Shown piece after piece: positions 1-9,957 of a DNA stretch of 64,000 nt (position 1 is the first letter of the stretch; every line of letters begins with the position of its first letter). The notes beneath the pieces are model-generated. The model made no database searches, was not told where the DNA came from, and worked only from the letters and a program-made list of their open reading frames with translations. This DNA comes from an uncultured bacterium (lineage in GTDB: Bacteria; Bacillota; Clostridia; TANB77; CAG-508), in the NCBI GenBank assembly GCA_905214245.1, contig CAJMLO010000001.1:14427-78426 (forward strand), written 5' to 3'. The position numbers and the translations under genes were made by a program.

Positions 1-421
1 CAGAAAGTAGATTGTTTGCAGATGTAATTGCATGTATATCTCCTGTAAAGTGAAGATTTATATCTTCCATAGGAGCAATTTGTGAATGTCCTCCACCTGT
101 TGCTCCACCTTTTATTCCAAATACAGGTCCAAGTGATGGCTCTCTTAATGCAAGAATTGCATTTTGTTTAAGTTTTCTTAGTCCATCTGCAAGTCCGATT
201 GCCATAGTTGTTTTTCCTTCTCCAAGTGGAGTAGGATTAATTGCTGTCACTAAAATAAGCTTTCCATCTTTTTTATCTTTTAGTCTTGTCATAGCATTTA
301 ATGATATTTTTGCTTTATATTTTCCATAAAGCTCAAGCTCATCATCTTCTATTCCTACAGCTAAAGCAATTTCATTTATCTTCTTTAACTCTGTATTTCT
401 TGCAATATCTATATCTTCCAT
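1..421 (-). CDS. fhs: formate--tetrahydrofolate ligase, N-terminal portion; the gene runs off the window start
   Basis: Minus-strand translation from the ATG at 419-421 reads [19 protein letters not shown]...[16 protein letters not shown]...[15 protein letters not shown]...[11 protein letters not shown], which are typical Fhs motifs. The plus-strand ORF 301..666 is an antisense artefact. Confidence 0.75.
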   Translation of the reverse strand, partial: MEDIDIARNTELKKINEIALAVGIEDDELELYGKYKAKISLNAMTRLKDKKDGKLILVTAINPTPLGEGKTTMAIGLADGLRKLKQNAILALREPSLGPVFGIKGGATGGGHSQIAPMEDINLHFTGDIHAITSANNLLS

Positions 422-437
422 TCTACATTTTCTCCTT

Positions 438-860
438 TTATGCAAAAATCAATCCAACTATAACTCCAATAATTGCTCCAACTATAACTTGTGTTGGTGT
501 ATGTCCTAATACTTCTTGTAATTTTTCTGTAACTTCTACTCCAGAAAGTCCAGGTGTATTTACAATCATATTTAATATGTGTGCTTGCTTTCCTGCTGCT
601 CTTCTAATTCCTGCTGCATCATACATTACAACAAATGCAAATATTGTAGCAAGTGCAAACATTTGAGAGTCAAAGCCTTGATTTATTCCAATCATTGTTG
701 CAAGTGATGTTACAACAGCCGAATGTGAACTTGGCATTCCTCCTGCACCTAGAATTCTTTTAAAATTAAACTTTTTTGTTGTTACTAAATCATAAATTAA
801 TTTAAATAACTGTATAAAAAACCACACAGCAAATGGTATAATAAGATATTTGTACTGCAT
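438..860 (-). CDS. divergent PAP2/DUF212 (YuiD-like) membrane protein
   Basis: 140-aa polytopic membrane protein with [11 protein letters not shown] and [12 protein letters not shown] motifs typical of the acid-phosphatase/vanadium-haloperoxidase-related DUF212 family. Confidence 0.55.
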   Translation of the reverse strand: MQYKYLIIPFAVWFFIQLFKLIYDLVTTKKFNFKRILGAGGMPSSHSAVVTSLATMIGINQGFDSQMFALATIFAFVVMYDAAGIRRAAGKQAHILNMIVNTPGLSGVEVTEKLQEVLGHTPTQVIVGAIIGVIVGLIFA

Positions 861-911
861 TATAAATCCGTTTCATCCTTTTCTTTTACTCCCCTTTATT
901 TTTAATATGTA

Positions 912-1145
912 CTATTCTTCTGTTTGTACAAAATTCTCTTCTACTAATTCACCATTACTGTTTTTTATTAGCATTGTAATTTTTCTTTCTGCTTTTTCCA
1001 AAATGTCACTACATTCTTTAGAGATTTTCATACCTTCCTCAAATTTTTTTACAGAAGTATCAAGGTCCAAATCTCCCTTTTCTAGTTCATTTGCAATTTC
1101 TTCTAATTTTTTCATATTATCTTCAAAATTTATATCTTCACTCAT
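912..1145 (-). CDS. xseB: exodeoxyribonuclease VII small subunit
   Basis: 77-aa acidic coiled-coil protein (FEDNMKKLEEIANELEKGDLDLDTSVKKFEEGMKISKEC) immediately downstream of xseA. Confidence 0.8.
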   Translation of the reverse strand: MSEDINFEDNMKKLEEIANELEKGDLDLDTSVKKFEEGMKISKECSDILEKAERKITMLIKNSNGELVEENFVQTEE

Positions 1146-1195
1146 TTTTTATCTTTAGAGGATATTTTCCTCTTTCTCCTTTCGTTTTACTTTTA

Positions 1196-1672
1196 TTAAA
1201 ATTCTGTTACTATTCCTTTTTCTACATCAACTAAATAAAATGCTAAGGAATCTGTTGTTTTGCTGTTTCTTACAGAAACAATATATCTTCCATCAGAATT
1301 TATACTCTCATTTGAAAAATATACTCCTGATGTACTTCCCCATTTCTTTTTTGCAAGTTCAATAGCTTTTTCTTCTTTAGTTGTTACCTTTTCTGTTGTA
1401 TCTGGTTCGTTATCTTGAATTATATTCTCTTTGCTTTGATTATCATCTACTACATTTTCTGTAATACTATTTTTAATTTCATTTTCAATTGAATCATTTT
1501 CAAACAAATCATTTATGATATTATCAAGACCTGTATTTCCATCAACTAAATTTGAATTACTATTTGTTTCTACTGTGTCTTTTTTGAACATGTCATAGAC
1601 AAACCATATAATTATAAATACTACAATAACAATAGCAATTATTATTAAACTTTTCTTTACTGTTTTATTCAT
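1196..1672 (-). CDS. hypothetical N-terminally membrane-anchored protein
   Basis: 158 aa with one N-terminal TM segment and an acidic, N/D/E-rich extracytoplasmic region. Confidence 0.4.
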   Translation of the reverse strand: MNKTVKKSLIIIAIVIVVFIIIWFVYDMFKKDTVETNSNSNLVDGNTGLDNIINDLFENDSIENEIKNSITENVVDDNQSKENIIQDNEPDTTEKVTTKEEKAIELAKKKWGSTSGVYFSNESINSDGRYIVSVRNSKTTDSLAFYLVDVEKGIVTEF

Positions 1673-1683
1673 ATGTGCACCTC

Positions 1684-2871
1684 CTACAATATCTTTGCCT
1701 TTGCACTTCCATCACTTAGCCTTAATTCTACTTCATCATCCTTATTAAGATCTTTTGCAGATTTTATACTTTTTCCATTTAAAGAAACTATACTATATCC
1801 TCTCATTAAAGTTTTAAGTGGGCTTAAAGCATCAAGTTTTGCAATCAATTTCATTGCATTACCTTTTTTATCTTTGTACATTGCTTCTGCACTATTTTGC
1901 ATTGATTTAATTTTCATATCAATTACAATATACTTTTCTTGTATTTTTTGCAAAGGTTCCTTAAATACTCTTTGATTCATACATTTTTCATATCTAAGTC
2001 TCATAAATTCAACTTTCTTTTTTAATGCAAGTTGATACCTATTTTTATATGAGTTAATTTTTAATGTTACATCAGCAATGTTAGGTACAGCAAGTTCTGC
2101 AGCAGCAGATGGTGTTGGTGCTCTTAAATCTGCTACAAAATCTGCTATTGTAAAATCTGTTTCATGTCCTACAGAAGAAATAACAGGTAACTCAGAATTG
2201 TATATTTCTCTTGCTACAATCTCTTCATTAAAAGGCCACAAATCCTCAAGTGAACCTCCACCTCTTGCAAGAATTATTACATCAGCAAGTTTTTGTTCAT
2301 TCATTGTTCTAATTGCTTCTGCAATTTTAACTGCAGCTCCTTCTCCTTGAACCGGAACAGGCAGTAACTTTATATATACATTTGGATTTCTTCTTGTTGA
2401 AACATTTATTATATCTCTAATAACTGCTCCTGTATTTGATGTTAAAACCCCTATACATTTTGGCATAGCAGGGATTTTCTTTTTATGTGCCACATCAAAT
2501 AATCCCTCTTTTTCAAGCTTTGCTTTAAGCTCTTCATATGCTGTATATAAACTTCCCATTCCATCTTCTTGCATAGCTTTGCAGTATATTTGGTAAACTC
2601 CATCTCTTTCAAAAACAGAAACAGTTCCAAATACCATAACTTTCATACCATCTTTTGGCATAAATTTTAAATTACTCGTGTATGTTTTAAACATAATACA
2701 CTTTATTAATGAATTTTCATCTTTTAAAGTAAAATACATATGTCCTGTATAGTGATTTTTAAAATTTGAAATTTCACCTTTTACTAAAACATTGTTTAAT
2801 GCTTCATCATTTGCAATCTTATCTTTAATGTATTTGTTTAAATCTGTTACACTAATTGCATCATATTTCAT
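1684..2871 (-). CDS. xseA: exodeoxyribonuclease VII large subunit
   Basis: 395 aa with an OB-fold N-terminus (ISVTDLNKYIKDKI...GEISNFK) and a catalytic core (GVLTSNTGAVIRDII, RGGGSLEDLWPFNEE). Confidence 0.9.
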   Translation of the reverse strand: MKYDAISVTDLNKYIKDKIANDEALNNVLVKGEISNFKNHYTGHMYFTLKDENSLIKCIMFKTYTSNLKFMPKDGMKVMVFGTVSVFERDGVYQIYCKAMQEDGMGSLYTAYEELKAKLEKEGLFDVAHKKKIPAMPKCIGVLTSNTGAVIRDIINVSTRRNPNVYIKLLPVPVQGEGAAVKIAEAIRTMNEQKLADVIILARGGGSLEDLWPFNEEIVAREIYNSELPVISSVGHETDFTIADFVADLRAPTPSAAAELAVPNIADVTLKINSYKNRYQLALKKKVEFMRLRYEKCMNQRVFKEPLQKIQEKYIVIDMKIKSMQNSAEAMYKDKKGNAMKLIAKLDALSPLKTLMRGYSIVSLNGKSIKSAKDLNKDDEVELRLSDGSAKAKIL

Positions 2872-2877
2872 TTGTTT

Positions 2878-3303
2878 TTATTGCTCCTCTATCTTATTCT
2901 TTTTTACTACACTTGCTAAAATTCCATTTACAAAAGCAGGAGTACTATCATCTCCATATTTCTTTGCAAGTTCAACAGCTTCATTTATTACTACTTTATA
3001 TGGAACTTTCGCATATATCATCTCATATACTGCAAGTTTTAAAATAGTCAAACTAATTTTTGAAAGTCTGCTTATCTCCCATTTTTCTGATAATTCATCC
3101 TTTATTTGATTTATTATTTCTTTTCTATTTGCTTCTATTCCATATACTGCATCTTTGATATATTTTTCAACTTTTTTATCTTCTATCTCATTTGCCTCTA
3201 AAAATAACTTTATTTGTTCTTCATACTCATATTTTTTCAATTTTTGAAGCTCTAAACTGTACAAGAATTTTAATACTACTTCTCTTATTTCTGATCTATT
3301 CAT
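2878..3303 (-). CDS. nusB: transcription antitermination factor NusB; the likely start is at the internal Met (MNRSEIREVV)
   Basis: NusB-like N-terminus and helical fold, e.g. LAVYEMIY..VPYKVVINEAVELAKKYG. The ORF-track start at 3345 adds 14 residues that are not NusB-like. Confidence 0.8.
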   Translation of the reverse strand: MNRSEIREVVLKFLYSLELQKLKKYEYEEQIKLFLEANEIEDKKVEKYIKDAVYGIEANRKEIINQIKDELSEKWEISRLSKISLTILKLAVYEMIYAKVPYKVVINEAVELAKKYGDDSTPAFVNGILASVVKKNKIEEQ

Positions 3304-3384
3304 TATTATAACAACCTTTCTCCTTACTTTTATAAATCTTTTCAATGTGCTTTTTTCAATTGTTTATTACAGTAATATTCAATT

Positions 3385-3588
3385 TTATAATCTATCAATA
3401 AAATTCTTTAGTTTTTCTTTTACTTCAAATTTATTATGTTGAATATAATTTCCTGCATATCCACATACAAAAATCAAAATAATTCCTATTATCAATCTGT
3501 ATAATTGTGTACATAAAAGTACTATTGCAACTATAATTCCTATAATCATACCACCATATTGTGACATAAATTTTTTAAATTCATCCAT
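3385..3588 (-). CDS. small integral membrane protein (DUF2273-like), Asp23-operon associated
   Basis: 67 aa with two TM segments, upstream in the same operon as the Asp23-family gene. Confidence 0.45.
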   Translation of the reverse strand: MDEFKKFMSQYGGMIIGIIVAIVLLCTQLYRLIIGIILIFVCGYAGNYIQHNKFEVKEKLKNFIDRL

Positions 3589-3605
3589 GGAATCTTCTTC
3601 CTTTC

Positions 3606-4160
3606 TTATTCTATAATTTCCCTTTCAGGTTCAATATTTTTTACTTTAATATTTACTTCTTTAACATCTAAATCTGATGTTTTTTTAATAGTCTCTTTTA
3701 TTTTAGTTTGTAAATTTGTAGATAATTCTTTAATTACAGCATTTTCTTTTACACTAAGATTTACATATATGCTAACTGTATTATCTTTTCCAAGTTCAAT
3801 CTTAGTATTTACATCTTCTGCACTATCAAATCCTTTAACAACACCATTTACAAGATTTTCTATAGTTTCTTTTGAAATTAATAATTTGCCATCAGAATTT
3901 TCAAGTAAAATTCCATTTTTGTATTCATTTTTTTCTTTGCTACTTGAATCAAAAAATATGCAACGAATAGAAAGTAAAATAAATATAACATTTAATCCAA
4001 GCACAATATTTGAAGATACTGTATTATTTGTAATTCCAGTTACAATTTCATCTACTATGTCAAAATCAAGCCATCCAAAAATCACAAGTGATCCTATTAT
4101 AGATATTATTAACATTAATGTTGAAAATAGTACTAATGTTGTTTTTTCAATTATTTTCAT
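3606..4160 (-). CDS. membrane anchor protein of the Asp23 system (AmaP-like)
   Basis: 184 aa with an N-terminal TM pair plus an extracytoplasmic domain, lying between the DUF2273-like gene and Asp23 in the same operon. Confidence 0.45.
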   Translation of the reverse strand: MKIIEKTTLVLFSTLMLIISIIGSLVIFGWLDFDIVDEIVTGITNNTVSSNIVLGLNVIFILLSIRCIFFDSSSKEKNEYKNGILLENSDGKLLISKETIENLVNGVVKGFDSAEDVNTKIELGKDNTVSIYVNLSVKENAVIKELSTNLQTKIKETIKKTSDLDVKEVNIKVKNIEPEREIIE

Positions 4161-4254
4161 ATTTTTTACCCAATATAATATATTATTAAAATATACCCTT
4201 TCTTATGATTTAAATATGGGCACAGATTTTCTTTGTGCCCACCATCTTAGATAA

Positions 4255-4704
4255 TTAATCTTCTGAATTTTCGTCTTGAACATTTTCTTGTTGTGTTTTA
4301 ACACCTTGAATATGAACATTTACCTCTGAAACTTTAAGTCCTGTCATTCCTTCAACAGCTTTTTTTACTCTTGTTTGAATTTCGTATGCAACATCTGGAA
4401 TTCTTACTCCATATTCAACAATGATATTTACATCTATTTTTGTCTCTTTATCTCCAGTTTCAACTTTGATTCCTTTTGCAAAATTCTTCTTTCCGCTAAA
4501 TACTTCAGAAATTCCACCTGCAAATCCACCTGCCATTGATGCAACTCCTGAAACCTCTGATGCAGCTGCTCCAGCAATTACAGCAATTACATCATCAGCG
4601 ATTTTTATATTAGTATTCTCTAAAGTTACTTCCCCTTGATTTTCCATAACTTCCTCATTTTTAACTTCTTCATTTTCTTCCATAATATATACCTCCCAAA
4701 ACAT
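4255..4704 (-). CDS. Asp23/Gls24-family envelope stress protein
   Basis: DDVIAVIAGAAASEVSGVASM and KVEV..E motifs typical of the alkaline shock protein 23 family, with an acidic C-terminus. Confidence 0.8.
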   Translation of the reverse strand: MFWEVYIMEENEEVKNEEVMENQGEVTLENTNIKIADDVIAVIAGAAASEVSGVASMAGGFAGGISEVFSGKKNFAKGIKVETGDKETKIDVNIIVEYGVRIPDVAYEIQTRVKKAVEGMTGLKVSEVNVHIQGVKTQQENVQDENSED

Positions 4705-4782
4705 ATATTTTACATTATTAGTATACCAATTTATTCAAAAATTTACAACATATTTTAGAAATTTTATTATTCAAGTATTACT

Positions 4783-4826
4783 AGATAATATTGCAAGTTT
4801 CTAAGAAATATTATATCGCTTATGCT
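4783..4826. repeat. core-less copy of the same repeat family (the AT-rich termini plus the gcaagtttctaag box only)
   Basis: ataatatt-gcaagtttctaagaaatattatatcgcttatgcta is 34/36 identical to the right end of copy B but lacks the GC-rich core. It lies between fmt and the Asp23 operon. Confidence 0.55.
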
Positions 4827-4828
4827 AA

Positions 4829-5815
4829 TTATTCGAATAAATTTCCTGCATCTATATGATTTCCACGTAAAAAATCATTCACATTCATTCTCTTAGAATT
4901 CTCTGCTTGAACCTCTTTTGCACTAATTATTCCATCTTGTCCTTTTATGAATAAACCTTTTTTATCATCAGAAAATAAAACTGTTCCAGGCATTAGTTCT
5001 TTCATTTTATATGAATATTCCTTTAATTCTGGAAATATCTCCATTAGCTCATTTTCATCTAAAATATCAACTTTCCAGAATTTAATTTTCTTTCCATCTA
5101 AAAAGCTATATGCTCCCATGATAGGATTTAATCCTCTTACAAGATTTTTTATTTTAGATACACTCATATCTTCCCATTCAATTTTAGCCATTTGCTTATC
5201 AAGCATAGGTGCCATTGTAAAGTCTGGGCCTTGTTTCTCTCTTGGAGCTTCTCCTTTTTCAATTGCCTCAAGTGTTTTAACAAGTAAGTCTGCTCCAATA
5301 TCAGAAAGTTTATCCCATAGCTCTCCTGTTGTTTCATCTTCGCCTATCTCAACTTCTCTTTTTAAAATCATATCTCCTGTATCCATTCCAGCATCCATAT
5401 ACATTGTAGTAATTCCTGTTGTCTTATCCCCATTAAGTACTGCCCACTGTATTGGAGCTGCTCCACGATATTTTGGAAGTAAAGAGCCATGTACATTTAT
5501 ACATCCCATTTTAGGAATATCTAAAAGTTCTTTTGGAAGTATTTTTCCATATGCAACAACACATATAACATCAGGATTTAAACTTTTAATCTCATTAATA
5601 AATTCTTCATTATTTCTTATCTTTTCAGGCTGATAAATAGGTAAACTTTTCTCTAAAGCAAATTCTTTAACAGGTGTAGGAATCATTTTCATTCCTCTAC
5701 CTTTTGGCTTATCTACATTTGTAACAACACCTAAAATTTCATAACCTGCATCATATACTTTTTCCAAAGATTTTCTTGCAAAATCTGGTGTTCCCATAAA
5801 AACAATTTTAAGCAT
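4829..5815 (-). CDS. fmt: methionyl-tRNA formyltransferase
   Basis: MLKIVFMGTPDFA N-terminus, NVHGSLLPKYRGAAPIQWA formyltransferase core and a C-terminal domain. The def-fmt gene order is conserved. Confidence 0.9.
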   Translation of the reverse strand: MLKIVFMGTPDFARKSLEKVYDAGYEILGVVTNVDKPKGRGMKMIPTPVKEFALEKSLPIYQPEKIRNNEEFINEIKSLNPDVICVVAYGKILPKELLDIPKMGCINVHGSLLPKYRGAAPIQWAVLNGDKTTGITTMYMDAGMDTGDMILKREVEIGEDETTGELWDKLSDIGADLLVKTLEAIEKGEAPREKQGPDFTMAPMLDKQMAKIEWEDMSVSKIKNLVRGLNPIMGAYSFLDGKKIKFWKVDILDENELMEIFPELKEYSYKMKELMPGTVLFSDDKKGLFIKGQDGIISAKEVQAENSKRMNVNDFLRGNHIDAGNLFE

Positions 5816-5824
5816 ATTTCCTCC

Positions 5825-6307
5825 TTATTCCTCATTCTTTGGCTCAACATATTGAAGTGTTCCAGGTATCATTTTGTCAATAAATAATACACCATCTAAA
5901 TGATCAAGTTCATGGCAAATTGCCTGTGCAAGAAGTCCTTTTGCTTTTATCTTTATTTTCTTTCCGTTTTCATCAAGAGCTTCTGCAACAACTTCTGCTG
6001 GTCTAATCATTTTTGCATACTTATTTGGAAAACTTAGACATCCCTCTTCTACTTCTTGCTCACCTTTTGTTTTTAATATTACAGGATTTACAAGTTTAAT
6101 AGGACCTTTGTCATCATATAAATCAATTACTACTAATCTTTTTAAAATACCTACTTGAACAGCAGAAAGACCAACTCCGTTGTACTTATGCATTGTGTCA
6201 ACCATATCATCTAATAAATCACGTATTCTATCATCTACTTGTTCTACTTCTCTTGATTTTTTTCTTAAGATTTCGTCTCCTTCTTCTCTTACAATTCTAA
6301 CTGCCAT
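5825..6307 (-). CDS. def: peptide deformylase
   Basis: Motifs GVGLSAVQVG, EGCLSFP and HELDHLDG. Confidence 0.9.
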   Translation of the reverse strand: MAVRIVREEGDEILRKKSREVEQVDDRIRDLLDDMVDTMHKYNGVGLSAVQVGILKRLVVIDLYDDKGPIKLVNPVILKTKGEQEVEEGCLSFPNKYAKMIRPAEVVAEALDENGKKIKIKAKGLLAQAICHELDHLDGVLFIDKMIPGTLQYVEPKNEE

Positions 6308-6338
6308 CTATATTTCCCCCTTTTTAACTTGCCCTATT

Positions 6339-8589
6339 TTAATGAGCCATATCATTTGGATTTACATCAATTATAACTTGAGTTTCTTTTGCTTTTATCT
6401 TGCTAAATTCGTCAAGCATATCATTCATTAAATCTATCATTGTATCATCAAATTTACATTTTACAATCATTCTCCACCTGATTTTATTTTTAATTTTGTC
6501 TACTGGTGCAGACACAGGTGGATATAAAATCATACCTATATTTTCACTTTTTAATCTAAACTTTAAATAATGGTATAATTTGCTTGCAACTTCCATCAAT
6601 TCTTTTTCATCTGTAGAAGTCATACCAATTAATATTATATCGCAAAATGGCGGATATTTCAAGCTTTGCCTAATTCCTATTTCTGTTTGATAAAATAAAT
6701 CGTAATTTTGCTCCCTACTACACTCTATTGCAAAATTTTCTGGATTATATGTTTGAATAATTACTCTTCCCTTATCCTTTTCTCTTCCAGCTCTTCCTGC
6801 AACTTGTGTTAGTATTTGAAATGTCCTTTCATTTGCTCTAAAATCATCTATATTTAAACTTCCATCTGCTGCAATAACTCCAACCAAAGTAACATTTGGA
6901 AAATGATGTCCTTTTACAACCATCTGAGTTCCAATCAAAATATTGATATTTTCATCTTTGAATTTTTGCAAAATCTTTTCATGTGAATCCTTTTTTGTAA
7001 CAGTATCCACATCCATTCTAATCGTTGTAGCATTTGGAAATATCTTTTTTATTTCTGCTTCAAGCTTTTGTGTTCCTGTTCCAAAATATCTTATTTGCAA
7101 GCTCCCACATTCTGGGCAAGTTGTTAAAACTTTTGTCTCATATCCACAATAATGACATTTTAAAGTATGTGTATTTGCATGATATGTAAGATTTATGTTA
7201 CAATTCTTGCATTTAGCTGTATACCCACATTCTCTACACATAACAAATGTAGAATATCCTCTTCTATTTAAAAATAATATTGTCTGTTTGTTATTTTGCA
7301 AATTATCAGAAATAGCATCATATAGTTTTTTACTAATCATAGATTTATTTCCGTTTAGCAAGTTCTTCTCTTAAATCTACAACTTCAATATCTGGAAGGC
7401 TTGCCTCATTTGCTCTTTTAGTCAATTTTAGTAAAGTTATTTCCTCATTTTTAGCTCTAAAATAGCTTGTAAAATCAGGTGTTGCACTTCCTAAAACAAG
7501 TGGTATATTATTTTCCTTTGCAATTTTTCTTGCAACCTCTTTTGCATCATATCTTGGAACTCCTTCTGCCTTATACGAGCTATCATGTTCTTCATCAATA
7601 ATAATTATACCTAAATTTTCTACAGGTGCAAATATTGCAGATCTAGCACCAATTATAATTTTTGCTTCTCCATTTTTTATCTTATACCATTGGTCATATC
7701 TTTCACCCACTCCAAGTTTGCTATGAAGAACCGCAATATTTTCTTTACCAAATCTTGAAATAAATCTATTAACAGTCTGTGGTGTAAGTGAAATTTCTGG
7801 AACAAGTACAATACTTGTTTTACCTTCTTTTAGCACTTTATCTATAAGCTGAATATATATTTCAGTTTTACCACAACCTGTCACACCATCAATTAAAAAC
7901 TCTGAAAACAGCATATCATCCATAGCATCACAAATAGTATCATATGCATTTTGTTGTTCATCTGTAAATTTCAAATTAACTGACTTTTCTATATTTTTAT
8001 TTTTAAAAGGATCTCTTTCAACTTGTTTTTGAATTATTTCTAAATATCCATTTTTACAAAGTGTATTTATAATCGCCCTTGAAACATCTGCCTGTACCTC
8101 TAAATCTAAAACAAGAGAATCACCATTATTCATTATAAATTCTAAAGCCCTTATCTGTTTTTCTGATTTAATTTTTTTACTCTCAATCGCAAATTTTATA
8201 TATTCAATATCCTTTTTTAAAGTAATAAAATTAACATTTTTTTCTTTTGCCCTTTTTTCTATATCCTTATTGGCGGTACCTGGTGGAAGCATAAGCTTTA
8301 GGCAATCAGAAATATTACAAAAATATCTCCTTGCCATCCATTTTGCGAGTTCTATTTTTTCATTATCTAAAATATTTTCACCTTGCAGGCTTGCAATCTC
8401 TCTTACCTTATATTCTGAAAAAGGCTTTATTCCAACCACAAATCCATTTTCTAGCTTTTTCATGTTCCCTAAAGGCACAAAAACTCTTGACCCAATATTT
8501 ATCTTATCTTCAATCTCATATGGTATTTCATAATCAAATATTTTATTTAAATTTTTTACATTACTTTGTATAATTACTTCTGCAATCAT
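6339..8589 (-). CDS. priA: primosomal protein N' (PriA), reading frame interrupted by a frameshift near 7345-7361
   Basis: ORF 7345..8589 carries the N-terminal 3'-binding domain, the helicase Walker A (GVTGCGKTE) and DEEH (IIIDEEHD) motifs. ORF 6339..7361 continues in another frame with the Cys-rich zinc region (CRECGY..CKNC..CHYCGY..CPECG) and the C-terminal helicase domain. The two ORFs overlap by 17 nt in different frames. Confidence 0.8.
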
Positions 8590-8650
8590 TAAAATTTTCT
8601 CCTATTTTTTTGTAATATACAGTATATCAGTTATTTGCAAAAGACACAAG

Positions 8651-8680
8651 AAAAAGTCTAGTAAAATACTAGACTTTTTC
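8651..8680. terminator. bidirectional rho-independent terminator hairpin
   Basis: Perfect inverted repeat agtctagta/tactagact with a 3-nt loop. It is flanked by an A-run 5' and a T-run 3', downstream of the minus-strand 70-aa gene. Confidence 0.5.
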
Positions 8681-8734
8681 TAAGGTACATCACCAGGTAG
8701 TTGTTTAGGCACATCTTTATGTACTATCATATAA

Positions 8735-8947
8735 CTACTCCAAATACAATTCAAATATGTCATAAACTCCGATTTCTTTTAACCTTTCAAGGTTATTTAA
8801 ATCCATGAGGTCTGTAACCTCCATGAATTCTCTTCTTGCTACCCGGCATATAATTGATACACCTTCCTGCAAAAATTCTTCTGCTTCTTTACGAGTCATT
8901 TTAGTCAATTTCTCTGCATCATTTGGCTCCATGTTAAGCATCTTCAT
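8735..8947 (-). CDS. hypothetical 70-aa protein
   Basis: Clean ORF between priA and gmk. The protein is acidic and helical, and no family is recognised. Confidence 0.35.
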   Translation of the reverse strand: MKMLNMEPNDAEKLTKMTRKEAEEFLQEGVSIICRVARREFMEVTDLMDLNNLERLKEIGVYDIFELYLE

Positions 8948-9053
8948 AATTTTTGCCCTCCTGCTAAATTAAGACTAGTATGCAAAATTTCACATACTAT
9001 AAAACCTTTGTGCATAATCTTATTATATTACTTTTTTTATATTATGTCAATCT

Positions 9054-9082
9054 TATCTTGACATTTTTAACTTTTTATGTTA
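9054..9082 (+). promoter_or_regulatory. sigma-A-type promoter (TTGACA-17-TAATAT) for the 67-aa plus-strand gene
   Basis: Consensus -35 TTGACA (embedded in the palindrome ATGTCAAtcttatcTTGACAT), then 17 bp, then TAATAT. It lies about 45 nt upstream of the AGGAGG RBS at 9114. Confidence 0.4.
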
Positions 9083-9127
9083 ATATATAGTTATCTTATA
9101 AATATTTATATTACAGGAGGATACATT

Positions 9128-9331
9128 ATGATTATCATGACAGCAATGAATGGAAAACAGTGGAAGGTTTACGGAATCAACGTGATTCCATCTGATAGCA
9201 TTTATCAGCGGATATTAGAAGTAATTAACAGCGGTAATGTTACAGAAAGAGCCCTTCAGGGCGGTACCGGACACAGAGCTCCGATCATTATTGATACAGA
9301 AAAAAGAACTATCTCTTTTGAGAGATTTTAA
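9128..9331 (+). CDS. hypothetical 67-aa protein (MIIMTAMNGKQWKVYGINV...) with unusually high GC
   Basis: Strong RBS caGGAGGa 8 nt upstream of the ATG. It is a plus-strand island in a minus-strand region, has about 39% GC against a background of about 27%, and is followed by the hairpin gcggg...cccgc. Confidence 0.45.
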   Translation: MIIMTAMNGKQWKVYGINVIPSDSIYQRILEVINSGNVTERALQGGTGHRAPIIIDTEKRTISFERF

Positions 9332-9378
9332 GTGATTCTAATTTCTTATCAACTGTAAACAAAAAGCGGGAAAGGTTA

Positions 9379-9957
9379 TTAACCTACCCGCTTCCTTCTT
9401 TTTTCAAGCCTTTTTTCATTTTTTAAAATAGTCATGATAATATCAACTGTTTTTTCTAAATCATCATTTTTTATAACATAATCATATAGACCAATTTTTG
9501 ACTCTTCATATTCTAATCTGCTTAATCTCAAGTCTATGCTTTCTTTGCTCTCTCCTCTTTTCTCTAAACGAGAACGAAGTTCTTGTTCATCAACTTTTAA
9601 AAATATAGTTATCAACTTAATCTCATTTTTTAATATATTTATTAAATTTTCGGTTCCATTTACTTCTATATCTTTAATAATTATTTTTCCACTTTCAATT
9701 TTCTCATTCATCAATCTTCTTGATGTTCCATAATAATTTTCATGGTGAACATCATATTCGTAGAACTCATTATTCTCAATTCTATCTTTAAATTCATCTT
9801 TAGAAATAAAATGATATTCTACTCCTTCTTGTTCTCCATCTCTTGGCTCTCTTGAAGTATAAGATGGAAGTGTTATAACATCTTCCATCTTATTCATTAA
9901 TTCCTTTTTTACTGTATCTTTTCCTGCTCCTGAAACACCTGATAGTATTACTAGCAT
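9379..9957 (-). CDS. gmk: guanylate kinase
   Basis: P-loop LSGVSGAGKDT and SYTSREPRDGEQEGVEYHF, matching the gmk signature TTR...G.DY.F. Confidence 0.85.
   Translation of the reverse strand: MLVILSGVSGAGKDTVKKELMNKMEDVITLPSYTSREPRDGEQEGVEYHFISKDEFKDRIENNEFYEYDVHHENYYGTSRRLMNEKIESGKIIIKDIEVNGTENLINILKNEIKLITIFLKVDEQELRSRLEKRGESKESIDLRLSRLEYEESKIGLYDYVIKNDDLEKTVDIIMTILKNEKRLEKRRKRVG

Noticed and set aside
301-666. 121-aa plus-strand ORF
   Set aside because: It lies antisense across the junction of fhs and the DUF212 gene and has a low-complexity composition with no RBS. It is a mirror-frame artefact.
4947-5633. 228-aa plus-strand ORF
   Set aside because: It is entirely antisense to the well-supported fmt gene.
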